A stretch of 63,776 bases of DNA, the filler included. It is 6 parts of 6 records of this genome, joined end to end, with 100 filler letters (N's around TTAATTAATTAA, not from the genome) between each part and the next. Parts side by side here need not be neighbours in the genome. Positions count along the whole stretch, not along the records: positions 1 to 20,099 come from SRR20825010_1004; 5 more parts are not named here. One strand, 5' to 3'. Position numbers and translations under genes: made by a program. The notes beneath the pieces are model-generated. The model saw only the letters and a program-made list of their open reading frames with translations, ran no database searches and had not been told where the DNA came from. This document shows, in pieces, positions 9,388 to 18,706 of this stretch (position 1 is its first letter; the number at the start of each line of letters is the position of its first letter).

Positions 9388-10395
9388 TTAACCGGCCAGC
9401 ACCGTTTTAGCGGGCTCCCCCGGCTCTTCCCGCGTCAGCCTTGGCACCAGAAAACCAGGCAGCCGGGCGCGCAAGTCCGCATGCAGTGCCCGAGCCATCG
9501 CATCCGGCACGGCGAAATGTGCCGCCCCCTGCACCGCGTCCAGCTGGTGCAGGTAATAAGGCAGCACTCCCGCGTCAAAAAGGGCATCGGACAAGTCCGC
9601 CAGCGTTGCCACCTGGTCATTCACCCCGGCCAGCAACACACTCTGGTTTAACAGAGTCATACCAGCACTGCGCCAATCGCGGCAACGTGCCGCCAGGGCC
9701 GGGCTGATTTCGCGGGGATGGTTGGCATGCAATACCAGCACGGTTTGCCAGCGGTCACGGGTCAACAGTGCTTTCAGGCCCGCATCCAACCGCTCGGGAA
9801 TTACCACCGGAGTGCGGCTATGAATGCGCAGCCGGCGCAGATGCGGGATCCTCTCCAGCGCATCCAGCAGCTGCTCAAGGCGTCGATTGGTCAACGTCAG
9901 CGGGTCGCCGCCACTGAGAATCACCTCGTGAATATCCGGGCGTGCCGCCAGCCATTCCAGCGCGTGCTCCCAACGCTTACCGCTCAGATGCGTCTGGTAC
10001 GGGAAATGGCGTCGAAAACAGTAACGGCAATGCACGGCACAGGCGCCGGTGACCACTAGCAGCGCCCGGCCGTGGTACTTGTGCAACAAGCCCGGCACAG
10101 CCGTGTGATCGGCTTCTTCCAGCGGGTCAACGCTGTACCCGGGCTGCTCCAACCGCTCATCCGCTACGCTTAGCACCTGCCGCAGCAGCGGATCATCCGG
10201 GTTGCCACGCTCCATCAAATCCACGTACCGGCGCGGCACCCGCAACGGGAAATCCCCGGCAGCGGCCAGGCTCTCCGGCAGGTTCTCGGGCGTGATCTCC
10301 AGCTGCGCAAACAACGCAGCCGGGTCAGTTATCAGGTCAGCCTGTTGGCGCTGCCAGTCCGGCTGCTGCCAACCAGCCGCTTCCTGCGTTATCAT
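9388..10395 (-). CDS. epmB: EF-P beta-lysylation protein EpmB (lysine 2,3-aminomutase, radical SAM)
   Basis: GLLHKYHGRALL, CAVHCRYCFRRHFPY, ILSGGDPL, LLNQSVLL, PYYLHQLD; divergent from efp. Start 10395 or 10416. Confidence 0.95.
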   Translation of the reverse strand: MITQEAAGWQQPDWQRQQADLITDPAALFAQLEITPENLPESLAAAGDFPLRVPRRYVDLMERGNPDDPLLRQVLSVADERLEQPGYSVDPLEEADHTAVPGLLHKYHGRALLVVTGACAVHCRYCFRRHFPYQTHLSGKRWEHALEWLAARPDIHEVILSGGDPLTLTNRRLEQLLDALERIPHLRRLRIHSRTPVVIPERLDAGLKALLTRDRWQTVLVLHANHPREISPALAARCRDWRSAGMTLLNQSVLLAGVNDQVATLADLSDALFDAGVLPYYLHQLDAVQGAAHFAVPDAMARALHADLRARLPGFLVPRLTREEPGEPAKTVLAG

Positions 10396-10440
10396 TGCCA
10401 ACCTTTGTAACGGCATACATCAACCCTGTGGACGTGTTTT

Positions 10441-11010
10441 ATGGCCAACTATTCTACCAGCGAATTCAAGTCTGGCTTGAAAGTGATGCTCGATGGCGAC
10501 CCCTGCTCCATCATCGAGAACGAATTTGTGAAGCCGGGCAAGGGCCAGGCATTCAGCCGCGTGAAACTGCGCAACCTGCGTAACGGCAAGGTCTGGGAGC
10601 GCACCTTCAAGTCCGGCGACTCCCTGGAAGGCGCCGACGTGATGGATGTATCCATGCAATACATCTTCAATGACGGTGAATTCTGGCACTTTATGGACCA
10701 GACCACCTTTGAGCAGAAGCAAGCCGACGAGACCGCCGTACGTGACGCAAAGCAGTGGCTCAAGGAAGAAGACATCTGCGAAGTCACCCTCTACAACGGT
10801 GAGCCGCTGTCCGTGAGCCCGCCGAACTTCGTGGAGCTGGAAATCACCGAAACCGATCCAGGCCTGAAAGGCGACACCGCTGGTACTGGCGGCAAACCCG
10901 CCACCCTGAGCACCGGCGCCGTGGTGCGCGTTCCCCTGTTCGTGCAGACCGGTGAAATCGTCAAAGTGGACACCCGGACCGGCGATTACGTGGGCCGCAT
11001 CAAACAGTAG
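10441..11010 (+). CDS. efp: Elongation factor P
   Basis: KPGKGQAF modification loop, [20 protein letters not shown]. Confidence 0.99.
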   Translation: MANYSTSEFKSGLKVMLDGDPCSIIENEFVKPGKGQAFSRVKLRNLRNGKVWERTFKSGDSLEGADVMDVSMQYIFNDGEFWHFMDQTTFEQKQADETAVRDAKQWLKEEDICEVTLYNGEPLSVSPPNFVELEITETDPGLKGDTAGTGGKPATLSTGAVVRVPLFVQTGEIVKVDTRTGDYVGRIKQ

Positions 11011-11012
11011 CC

Positions 11013-11948
11013 GTGAGCGACTGGCAACCCGCCGCCTCCCTCGAGGCCATCAAGGCGCGCGCTGAGCTGCTACGCACAGTGCGCGCCTTTTTTGATGACC
11101 GCAACGTGCTGGAAGTGGACACCCCGCAACTGGCCCGTTATGGCGTCAGCGACTTGCATATTCAGTGTATCCCGGTGCCCGGTTACGGTTATCTGCAAAG
11201 CTCCCCGGAATACCACATGAAGCGGCTGCTGGCCGCCGGCAGCGGGCCAATCTATCAGGTCTGCAAGGCGTTCCGGGATGGCGAGGCCGGGGGACGGCAC
11301 AACCCGGAATTCACCATGCTGGAATGGTACCAGCCCGGGTTTGCACTGGATGATCTGGTGCAGGAATGTCTGACCTTATTCGCCGCCCTCTTTCCAAGCG
11401 CTCAGTCACAGACCTACCGCTTCCGCGACCTGTTCGCCGACGTGACCGGACTGGACCCGCTCACCGCCAGTGACCCGCACCTGATAGCCTGCGCCGAATC
11501 CCATGGCGCCCCCCACGGGCTGGATAAACCTGCCGCCGTGGACTACCTGATGGCCACCGAGGTGGAAGCCGCACTCCCCGCTGAACAACTCTCCGTAGTC
11601 AGCGATTTCCCCGGGTGGGCCGCCGCCCTGGCGCAAACCCGTAAAGATGAGGACGGCTCCACCGTCGCCCGTCGCTTCGAGATTTATTACCGCGGCCTGG
11701 AGCTAGCCAACGGTTACCAGGAACTCACCGATCCGAAAGAGCAGTGCCGGCGTTTCGAGCAGGACAATATCTTGCGCAAGCAGCATGGATTGAACCCCAT
11801 GACCGCCGACCCTTTTTTACTAGACGCCATGGACGCCGGCCTGCCCGCCTGCAGCGGCGTGGCCGTGGGGGTGGAGCGACTGCTTATGGCACAACAGGAC
11901 ACCAGCAGGATCGACGACGTCATCGCTTTTCCCTGGTCCGGAGACTGA
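11013..11948 (+). CDS. epmA: EF-P lysine aminoacylase EpmA (GenX/PoxA)
   Basis: LQSSPEYHMKRLLAAG, FRDGEAGGRHNPEFTMLEWY, ELANGYQEL, GVAVGVERL; immediately follows efp. Confidence 0.96.
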   Translation: MSDWQPAASLEAIKARAELLRTVRAFFDDRNVLEVDTPQLARYGVSDLHIQCIPVPGYGYLQSSPEYHMKRLLAAGSGPIYQVCKAFRDGEAGGRHNPEFTMLEWYQPGFALDDLVQECLTLFAALFPSAQSQTYRFRDLFADVTGLDPLTASDPHLIACAESHGAPHGLDKPAAVDYLMATEVEAALPAEQLSVVSDFPGWAAALAQTRKDEDGSTVARRFEIYYRGLELANGYQELTDPKEQCRRFEQDNILRKQHGLNPMTADPFLLDAMDAGLPACSGVAVGVERLLMAQQDTSRIDDVIAFPWSGD

Positions 11949-11973
11949 CCCGACAGGACGCGCCGCGGCCTAC

Positions 11974-12012
11974 AAAAAAGGCCGCACCCGATTTCCGAAC
12001 ACGGCCTTTTTT
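11974..12012. terminator. Bidirectional intrinsic terminator
   Basis: AAAAAAGGCCG...CGGCCTTTTTT between convergent epmA and hydrolase genes. Confidence 0.7.
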
Positions 12013-12055
12013 ATCTCAGCATCAACAGCCCGCTCCCGCGCACAGTCACTTGCCG

Positions 12056-12973
12056 TTAAGCCACCGCCGTCTGCGCTACCGAGTTCGCACGCCCCACTGT
12101 CTCGGCAATCAACTCGCCAATGCGATCAATCACCGATGGCGGAAAGTCATGCCCCATACCGGGAATGATGGCCAGCTTGGCACCACGAATATACCGGGCC
12201 GAAGCTTTACCCCCGGCGGGGCGAATCAGTGGATCGGCGCCACCGTGAATAACGGTGGCCGGACACTGGATTTTTTTCAGGGTTTTGGTCAGTGAGCCGG
12301 TGGCCATGATGGCCAGGAACTGGTTGCGAATGCCGCGCGGGTTAATGCCGCGCGCCCAGGACGCCCGGTACATGGCGGCCAGTTCATCCTGCCCCTGCGG
12401 CAAGGTACCACCCAGCTTGGCCATCATTTCCAGGCCAAATGCCACAAACTGGTCCTCGGTTTCCACCTTCACCCGCGGCGCCACCAGGGTTTTCAGCGCC
12501 GCCGGTTTCGGCGGCGGCAGCAACGGGCTGTTGTTGCTGGACATAATGGAGGTGAGTGACAGCACCCGCTCCGGGTGCGTGCCGGCCATTAACTGGCTGA
12601 TCATGCCGCCCATGGAGGCGCCCACAAAGTGCGCCCGCTCGATCTTCAGGGCGTCCAGCAGCCCGACGGTATCAGCGACCATGTCATGCAGGGTATACGG
12701 GCTTTCCACCGACAGGCCCACCATACTGCGCAGGATTGCGGATAGGGGCCCCTGATTGATGGGTTTGCGAATCCGGGTGGACTTGCCAACGTCCCGGTTA
12801 TCGAACCGGATAACCCGATACCCCTTGTCTGCCAGTGCATCCAGCAACGGATCCGGCCAGAACACCATCTGTGCCGACAGGCCCATGACGAACACAATAG
12901 GCTCCCCGTTTTCCGGGCCACGACTCTCATAAAAAAGCTCGATTCCGTTACTGGCGACCGTGCCTGACTGCAT
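12056..12973 (-). CDS. Alpha/beta-fold hydrolase (esterase/lipase-like)
   Basis: IRFDNRDVGKS, nucleophile elbow GASMGG, HGGADPL, GMGHD. Confidence 0.92.
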   Translation of the reverse strand: MQSGTVASNGIELFYESRGPENGEPIVFVMGLSAQMVFWPDPLLDALADKGYRVIRFDNRDVGKSTRIRKPINQGPLSAILRSMVGLSVESPYTLHDMVADTVGLLDALKIERAHFVGASMGGMISQLMAGTHPERVLSLTSIMSSNNSPLLPPPKPAALKTLVAPRVKVETEDQFVAFGLEMMAKLGGTLPQGQDELAAMYRASWARGINPRGIRNQFLAIMATGSLTKTLKKIQCPATVIHGGADPLIRPAGGKASARYIRGAKLAIIPGMGHDFPPSVIDRIGELIAETVGRANSVAQTAVA

Positions 12974-13099
12974 ATGCGTACCCTTTGTGCTGGCTTGTTC
13001 TTGTGGGGCAGCGCCGTGTTGAAATCACTGCCAATGGATCAACATAGAAAAGGGCGACACAAACCTCAAGCCCCGCCCCATCATCGCAAGGCGATTGGC

Positions 13100-13750
13100 C
13101 TATTCAGCCAGCGGCGCAGCCGGCGAGACCGTGATCGCGCGCCACAGCATATCGAACAGCACGCCGTGCTGATCCGCCAGGCGCCCTGGCCGGCCGCGCA
13201 GGAGATGCATCTGGGATATGCGCAGCAAGACCCCATAGAAAAAATCCAGCAGGATCGGCGTCGCCACCTGGTCATTAAGAATTCCCTGATCTTGCCCTTG
13301 ATGCAAGACACTGAGGAACAGCTCGGTCAAGCGCTGCTGGCCCGGCGTGCTGTCGCTGCCCCAGCGCCCCGGATACACCGATTTGATCATCATCCGCCCC
13401 ATTTGCGGGTTACGGTCAAAGAAATCCAGCACCACCCAGAACACCTTGCTGAGCCGATCGCGAAAGGTATCGATGCCAGCAAGATGATCCAGCATACGCT
13501 CAGCCAATTGCCCCAACCCGTGATGCAAACAGGCACTCAACAAGGCCTCTTTGCTGCCCTGCCCGTCATCGCCGTAGTAGCGATACAGGGTTTGCAGGCT
13601 GCAACGGGCTGCCCGGGCAATTTGCTGCAAGGTAACGTGATGAAACTCCGAATCCGCGAACACCTGCACGGCGGCCCACTCGATACGCTCGCGAACAGCC
13701 GGGTCCTGCCGGGTTGCCGGAACAGGCCCGGCGTGGCGCTGCACTCCCAT
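13100..13750 (-). CDS. TetR/AcrR-family transcriptional regulator
   Basis: N-terminal HTH AAVQVFADSEFHHVTLQQIARAARCSLQTLYRYY...SKEALL. Confidence 0.9.
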   Translation of the reverse strand: MGVQRHAGPVPATRQDPAVRERIEWAAVQVFADSEFHHVTLQQIARAARCSLQTLYRYYGDDGQGSKEALLSACLHHGLGQLAERMLDHLAGIDTFRDRLSKVFWVVLDFFDRNPQMGRMMIKSVYPGRWGSDSTPGQQRLTELFLSVLHQGQDQGILNDQVATPILLDFFYGVLLRISQMHLLRGRPGRLADQHGVLFDMLWRAITVSPAAPLAE

Positions 13751-13795
13751 TTCGTTTGCTCCCCCTCACCTTGTCGCATTCAAACTACCTGAAGA

Positions 13796-13920
13796 TGTAA
13801 TCAATATTACACCTGTGTCGGACAGTGTCTCCAACGCAATTGACTCACAACTGTGACCCTTCTAGGCTCGATTCACCTTATCACCAATCAATATCACATT
13901 AAGTGTAAGAAAAATTACAC
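13796..13920. promoter_or_regulatory. Two TGTAA-N6-TTACA palindromes, candidate TetR operators
   Basis: TGTAAtcaataTTACA (13796-13811) and gTGTAAgaaaaaTTACAc (13903-13920), plus a degenerate copy near 13883-13898, in the tetR/fadI divergent spacer. Confidence 0.6.
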
Positions 13921-13949
13921 CGTGACCGGCACCCTGCAAGGAGTCTGCA

Positions 13950-15251
13950 ATGCCTGTTCGCAAAATGAAGTTGGCCGGCCGGGGCGGCCGCGTCGCCATC
14001 GTCGATGGCCTGCGCACCCCCTTTGCCCGTATCGCCACCCATTACCGGGATCTCAACGCCATCGATCTGGGCGCCATGGCTGTAAAGGAACTGATGGCCC
14101 GCAACAACTTGAGCCAGCATGAAATCGAGCAGCTGGTGTTCGGCATGACGGTGATGATTCCCGAAGCGCCTTTCATTGCCCGCGAAATCGCGTTGGCTCT
14201 GGGCATGGACACGGTGGATGCCTATTCCATCACCCGTGCCTGCGCCACCAGCTTCCAGACCGCCGCCAGCGTGGCCGACAACATCGTTGCCGGTTACACC
14301 GACATGGCCATTGCCGGCGGCACCGATTCCACCAGCAGCGCCCGGGTGCCGCTGTCATCGGAACTGAGTGCAGTACTGCGTGACGTCAGTTTTGCCAAAA
14401 CACTGAAAGACCGCATCAAACTGCTCAGCCAGCTCAAGGCCCGTGATCTGTTACCCCAGGCGCCGTCCATCACCGAATATTCCGTGGGCGAAACCATGGG
14501 AGAGAGCACCGAAAAAATGGTGAAGAAGTGGGGCGTCAGCCGTCAGGAGCAGGATGACCTGGCCCATGCTTCCCACAGCAACGCCGCCCGCGCCTGGACC
14601 GAAGGCCGTCTTGACCGTCAGGTAATGACCGCCCATCTGCCCAACGGCAACACCCTCAAAGACGACAACCTGGTGCGCAAACACTCCGAACGCGACGGCT
14701 ACAGCAAACTCAAACCGGTGTTCGACCGGGACACCGGTTCAGTCACCGCCGGCAACAGCAGCCCGCTCACCGATGGCGCCGGCGCCCTGTTGATGATGAG
14801 CGAGAAGAAAGCCGCCGCCCTCGGTTACACCCCGCTAGGTTATATCCGCTCCTACGCCTTCGCAGCCCGCACACCCCAGGATGATCTGCTCATGGGGCCG
14901 GTGCTGGCCGCCCCCGCTGCCATGACCCGCGCCGGGCTGGCGCTCAGCGACCTGACCCTGGTGGACATGCACGAAGCCTTTGCCGGCCAGGTGGCCTGCA
15001 ACCTGCGCGGCCTGGCCGACGACGACTACGTGCGCAGCCAGACCGGGCTCGCCGCCCTGGGTGAAGTCGACCGCAGCAAACTCAACGTGAACGGCGGCTC
15101 CATTGCCTACGGCCACCCCTTTGGCGCCACCGGTGCCCGGGTGATCAGCCAGGCCCTGCACGAACTGCAACGCCGTGGTGGCGGGCTGGCGTTAACCACC
15201 GCCTGCGCCGCCGGCGGCATCGGTGCCGCCATGGTGCTGGAAACCGAATAA
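13950..15251 (+). CDS. fadI: Acetyl-CoA C-acyltransferase (3-ketoacyl-CoA thiolase), FadI type
   Basis: RVAIVDGLRTPF, AYSITRACATSFQ (catalytic Cys), GNSSPLTDGA, DMHEAFA, GGSIAYGHPFGATGAR, TACAAGG. Confidence 0.9.
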   Translation: MPVRKMKLAGRGGRVAIVDGLRTPFARIATHYRDLNAIDLGAMAVKELMARNNLSQHEIEQLVFGMTVMIPEAPFIAREIALALGMDTVDAYSITRACATSFQTAASVADNIVAGYTDMAIAGGTDSTSSARVPLSSELSAVLRDVSFAKTLKDRIKLLSQLKARDLLPQAPSITEYSVGETMGESTEKMVKKWGVSRQEQDDLAHASHSNAARAWTEGRLDRQVMTAHLPNGNTLKDDNLVRKHSERDGYSKLKPVFDRDTGSVTAGNSSPLTDGAGALLMMSEKKAAALGYTPLGYIRSYAFAARTPQDDLLMGPVLAAPAAMTRAGLALSDLTLVDMHEAFAGQVACNLRGLADDDYVRSQTGLAALGEVDRSKLNVNGGSIAYGHPFGATGARVISQALHELQRRGGGLALTTACAAGGIGAAMVLETE

Positions 15252-15306
15252 CCCGCGCTAATCGCGCCGGGTATCCGGCGCGACACCCAACCCACAGGAA
15301 GACGAC

Positions 15307-17601
15307 ATGTTTAACCTACTGATGAACTGGATGCGGGATAACAAGATCCTGCCACAAATTTCCGACACCGAGCGTCAGGCACTGGAAGCCGGTGACGTCT
15401 GGATCGACGGCCAATTCTTCGGCGGCAAAGTCGATTTTGAAAAAATCCTTGCCGAAAACTATGACCAGCTGCCGGAACACGAACAGGCCTATATCGACGG
15501 GCCAGTGGAGGAGCTGCTGAAAATGGCCGACAGCTACACCCTGTCGCGCACCCGCAAACTGCCAGACGAACTGTTCACCTTCATGGCCGAAAACGGTTTC
15601 TTCGGTATGCAGATCGCCAAGGAATTCGGCGGGAACCCCATGTCCACCCAGGCCAAATCCTGCATCATGGCCAAGGTCAGCTCCCACTCCGGCCTGCTCA
15701 GCGCCATGGTGGTGATTCCCAACTCCCTGGGCGCGGCGGAACTGCTGGGCCACTACGGCACCGATGAACAGAAGCAGTATTACCTGCCGAAACTGGCCAA
15801 CGGCGAGTTCATTCCCTGCTTCGGTTTGACCGAACCCACCGCCGGCTCCGACGCTGCCTCCATCAAGGCGGAAGGCGAAGTGTTCAAGGACAGCGACGGT
15901 GAAATCAAATTCAAGCTCAACTTCCGCAAGCGCTACATCACCCTGGCACCGGTTTCCAACCTGATATCCCTGGCAGTACGCCTGCACGATCCGGAGAACC
16001 TGCTGGGTAAGGGCGAAGACGCCGGCATCACTGTGGTGCTGCTGGAAAAAGGTCTGGACGGTCTGCACATCGGCGACCATCACCAACCCATCGGCGAACA
16101 CTTCCCCAACGGCCCGATCGTTGGGCGCGACGTGGTCGTGCCTGCCTGCAACGTACTGGGCGGCGTGGAATACACCGGCATGGGCTGGAAAATGTTGATG
16201 GAAGCACTGGCCGGCGGGCGCATGGTGTCCCTGCCCGCCACCGGCATTTGCGGCATTCGCCACGGCGCCATGATCGCCGGCGCATACTCCATGGTGCGCC
16301 AGCAGTTCGGCATCCCCGTGGGTCGCATGGAAGGGGTGGAACACAAAATCGGCAAGGCCGCGGGCATGACCTATGCCTTTGATGCCGCCCGCGTGTTTGG
16401 TTGTTCCGCCGTGGATAAAGGCATCCAGCCACCGGTCACCTCCGCCATCATGAAGGCCTATTCCACAGAGATGGGCCGCGACACCGGCACCGATGCCATG
16501 GACGTGACCGCAGGTTACGGCGTCATGCAAGGCCCCAACAACACCATGGGCCGCCTCTACAATTCCGCCCCGGTGAGCGTCACCGTGGAAGGCGCCAACA
16601 TCATGACCCGCACCCTGATGATCTTCGGCCAGGGCGCCACCCGCTGCCACCCCTACGCCTACAACGTGGTGCAGGCGGTAGAAGACAATGATGTAAGTGC
16701 CTTCCGCAAGAACCTGACCGGCTGGATGATCCAGTTCCTGCTCGGTTTCGTGATGAGCCTGGTGCGCGGTGTCACCCGCGGGTTCTTCACCGTGAAAGTG
16801 CCCAACGTGGCGCCACAAACGAAAAGTATTTACCGCCGCCTGGGCTGGGCCGCCACCCGCTTCGGCCTGCTCACCAATCTCGCCATGTTCTTCGTGGGCG
16901 GCAAACTGAAAGCCCGTGGCAACCTCACCGGCCGCTATGCCGACGTGGTGGCCTGGTTGTACATCACCACCTCCGCCCTGCGTCGCTATGAAGCTGAAGG
17001 CCGCAAGGCGGAAGACCTGGCGTTGGTGCAATACGCCGGTGAATACGGCCTGACCCAGATCCAGCAAGCCTTCGAAGGTATCTACGAAAACTTTGGCGGC
17101 CCGGTGGGCGTGATTCTGAAAACCGTTGGCCGTATTGGCCTGGGCCTGAACCCCTTGGCCAAGCTGCCCAATGATCAGCTCAGCCATGAAGCCGCACTGG
17201 CGCTGCAAAGCTACGGCGACCAATACAAGCGCCTGGTCGGCGGCAACTACATGCCGGAAGAAAGCGACGAAGGGCTCGGCCGTCTGCTCAAGGCCTTCCG
17301 CCTGACCACCGAAGCCGAACCGGTACGCGGCAAGATTCGGGCCGCACAGAAAGCCCGCAAGCTGGGCAAAGGCAAAGTGGAAGCCATGGCTCCCCAGGCC
17401 GCTGAACAAGGCGTGATTTCCGATGCGGAACTGGCCACCCTGAATGCCGCCACCGAGGCCTGCCTGCTGGCCATCGAAGTGGACGTGTTCACCAAGGACG
17501 AGTACTACGGCGCCGGCGGCATCCCCGCCATGAGCGCCACCGGTGATGGCGGCCTGCAGCAGCCCTCACCCGCGGAGCTGGCCAAAGCCTCCGGCGAGTA
17601 A
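15307..17601 (+). CDS. fadE: Long FadE-type acyl-CoA dehydrogenase
   Basis: ISDTERQALEAG, PNSLGAAELL, PCFGLTEPTAGSDA, FPNGP, RQQFGIPVG, TVEGANIMTR; C-terminal extension typical of FadE. Confidence 0.88.
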   Translation: MFNLLMNWMRDNKILPQISDTERQALEAGDVWIDGQFFGGKVDFEKILAENYDQLPEHEQAYIDGPVEELLKMADSYTLSRTRKLPDELFTFMAENGFFGMQIAKEFGGNPMSTQAKSCIMAKVSSHSGLLSAMVVIPNSLGAAELLGHYGTDEQKQYYLPKLANGEFIPCFGLTEPTAGSDAASIKAEGEVFKDSDGEIKFKLNFRKRYITLAPVSNLISLAVRLHDPENLLGKGEDAGITVVLLEKGLDGLHIGDHHQPIGEHFPNGPIVGRDVVVPACNVLGGVEYTGMGWKMLMEALAGGRMVSLPATGICGIRHGAMIAGAYSMVRQQFGIPVGRMEGVEHKIGKAAGMTYAFDAARVFGCSAVDKGIQPPVTSAIMKAYSTEMGRDTGTDAMDVTAGYGVMQGPNNTMGRLYNSAPVSVTVEGANIMTRTLMIFGQGATRCHPYAYNVVQAVEDNDVSAFRKNLTGWMIQFLLGFVMSLVRGVTRGFFTVKVPNVAPQTKSIYRRLGWAATRFGLLTNLAMFFVGGKLKARGNLTGRYADVVAWLYITTSALRRYEAEGRKAEDLALVQYAGEYGLTQIQQAFEGIYENFGGPVGVILKTVGRIGLGLNPLAKLPNDQLSHEAALALQSYGDQYKRLVGGNYMPEESDEGLGRLLKAFRLTTEAEPVRGKIRAAQKARKLGKGKVEAMAPQAAEQGVISDAELATLNAATEACLLAIEVDVFTKDEYYGAGGIPAMSATGDGGLQQPSPAELAKASGE

Positions 17602-17708
17602 CCGCCCTGCCCTTACGGGCCAGCCCCGACTGGCCCGATCAACCCTGCCCACATGCCGTCTGACCGATTATGGTTGGGCGGCACAACAACAAAATTACGG
17701 ACAGCCCT

Positions 17709-18599
17709 ATGAGCCTCCAGGCCCGCCTTATCAAAGCCGTCACCCGGCGCACCATCAAGCGCTCCGGCCTTAACCAAGAGCAACTGGTTCGCCACCTGCG
17801 CAAAGTCTTCAACGACACACCCGTGCTGACCCTGCTGCCCCGGGGCGTAACAGTTAGCCGCGTGGAACAGCACGCCTTTACCGGCGACCGGGTTAGCGTG
17901 AAACAGCCCAGGATGACGGTGCTTTACCTGCATGGCGGCGCCTACATCGGCGGCATCACCAAGACCTACCACAACCTGGCCGGGCGGCTGGCCAAAAAGC
18001 TGCAAGCTGACGTCTACCTGCCGGTGTACCCCTTCGCACCGGAGCATCCTTTTCCCGCCGCCGTGAACCGGGTAATGGAAGCCTACGAATACCTGTTAAG
18101 TCTGGGCAAGCAACCAAACGATATCGTCATCGCCGGCGACTCCGCCGGGGGCGGGCTGACCCTCGCCACCCTGCTACACATCCGTGACAAGGGGCTGGAA
18201 CAACCCCGCTGCGCAGTGACGTTCTCGCCCGGCAGTAACGCCTTTCCGGACGACAAGATCCTGGATGCCCTGGACCCCAGCGATGCCATGCTGTCAGCTG
18301 ACATCATCCGCACCGTAATCGATATCTATATTCCCAACCCCGAAGATCGCAGCCACCCGTATGCCTCGCCGTGTCTGGGTGACTACACCGGCATCTGCCC
18401 CCTGTTGATTACCGCCAGCACCGACGAAGTGCTGTACGCCGATGGCAAACGGGTACGACGCGCGGCGGAACAAGCCGGCGTGAAAGTGGAGTGGATAGAG
18501 CGCCCCGGCGTATTCCATGTATGGCCGATCATGGTGCCTTTCCTTCCGGAAGCGAACAAAGACCTGAAACGGGTTGTCGCCTTTATCAAGAACGCATAA
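17709..18599 (+). CDS. Hormone-sensitive-lipase-family esterase (alpha/beta hydrolase)
   Basis: LYLHGGAY, APEHPFPAA, GDSAGG, FHVW. Confidence 0.92.
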   Translation: MSLQARLIKAVTRRTIKRSGLNQEQLVRHLRKVFNDTPVLTLLPRGVTVSRVEQHAFTGDRVSVKQPRMTVLYLHGGAYIGGITKTYHNLAGRLAKKLQADVYLPVYPFAPEHPFPAAVNRVMEAYEYLLSLGKQPNDIVIAGDSAGGGLTLATLLHIRDKGLEQPRCAVTFSPGSNAFPDDKILDALDPSDAMLSADIIRTVIDIYIPNPEDRSHPYASPCLGDYTGICPLLITASTDEVLYADGKRVRRAAEQAGVKVEWIERPGVFHVWPIMVPFLPEANKDLKRVVAFIKNA

Positions 18600-18706
18600 G
18601 CGCGGGCTTTATTCCGTCAGGCACCCGGCGCTGGGCATTGAGCGTTTCTGTCATTGCCGGCCCGCAGCCGACATTCTTTACTGAGATTCACCCACCAGGA
18701 GGCGGC

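Noticed and set aside
9388..11948. epmB-efp-epmA without epmC
   Set aside because: Well-known arrangement; epmC is usually unlinked and often absent.
11955..11974. GGCCTACA as a lone REP remnant after epmA
   Set aside because: Too short, does not match the REP at 19952, and is adequately explained as part of the terminator region.
12974..13792. 272-aa plus-strand ORF
   Set aside because: Antisense to the TetR gene; no domain signal.
15316..17409. 697-aa minus-strand ORF
   Set aside because: Antisense shadow of fadE caused by GC-biased codon usage; no recognisable motifs.
18491..18706. N-terminal extension of the last hydrolase ORF
   Set aside because: Overlaps the upstream esterase; AGGAGG marks ATG 18707 as the start.
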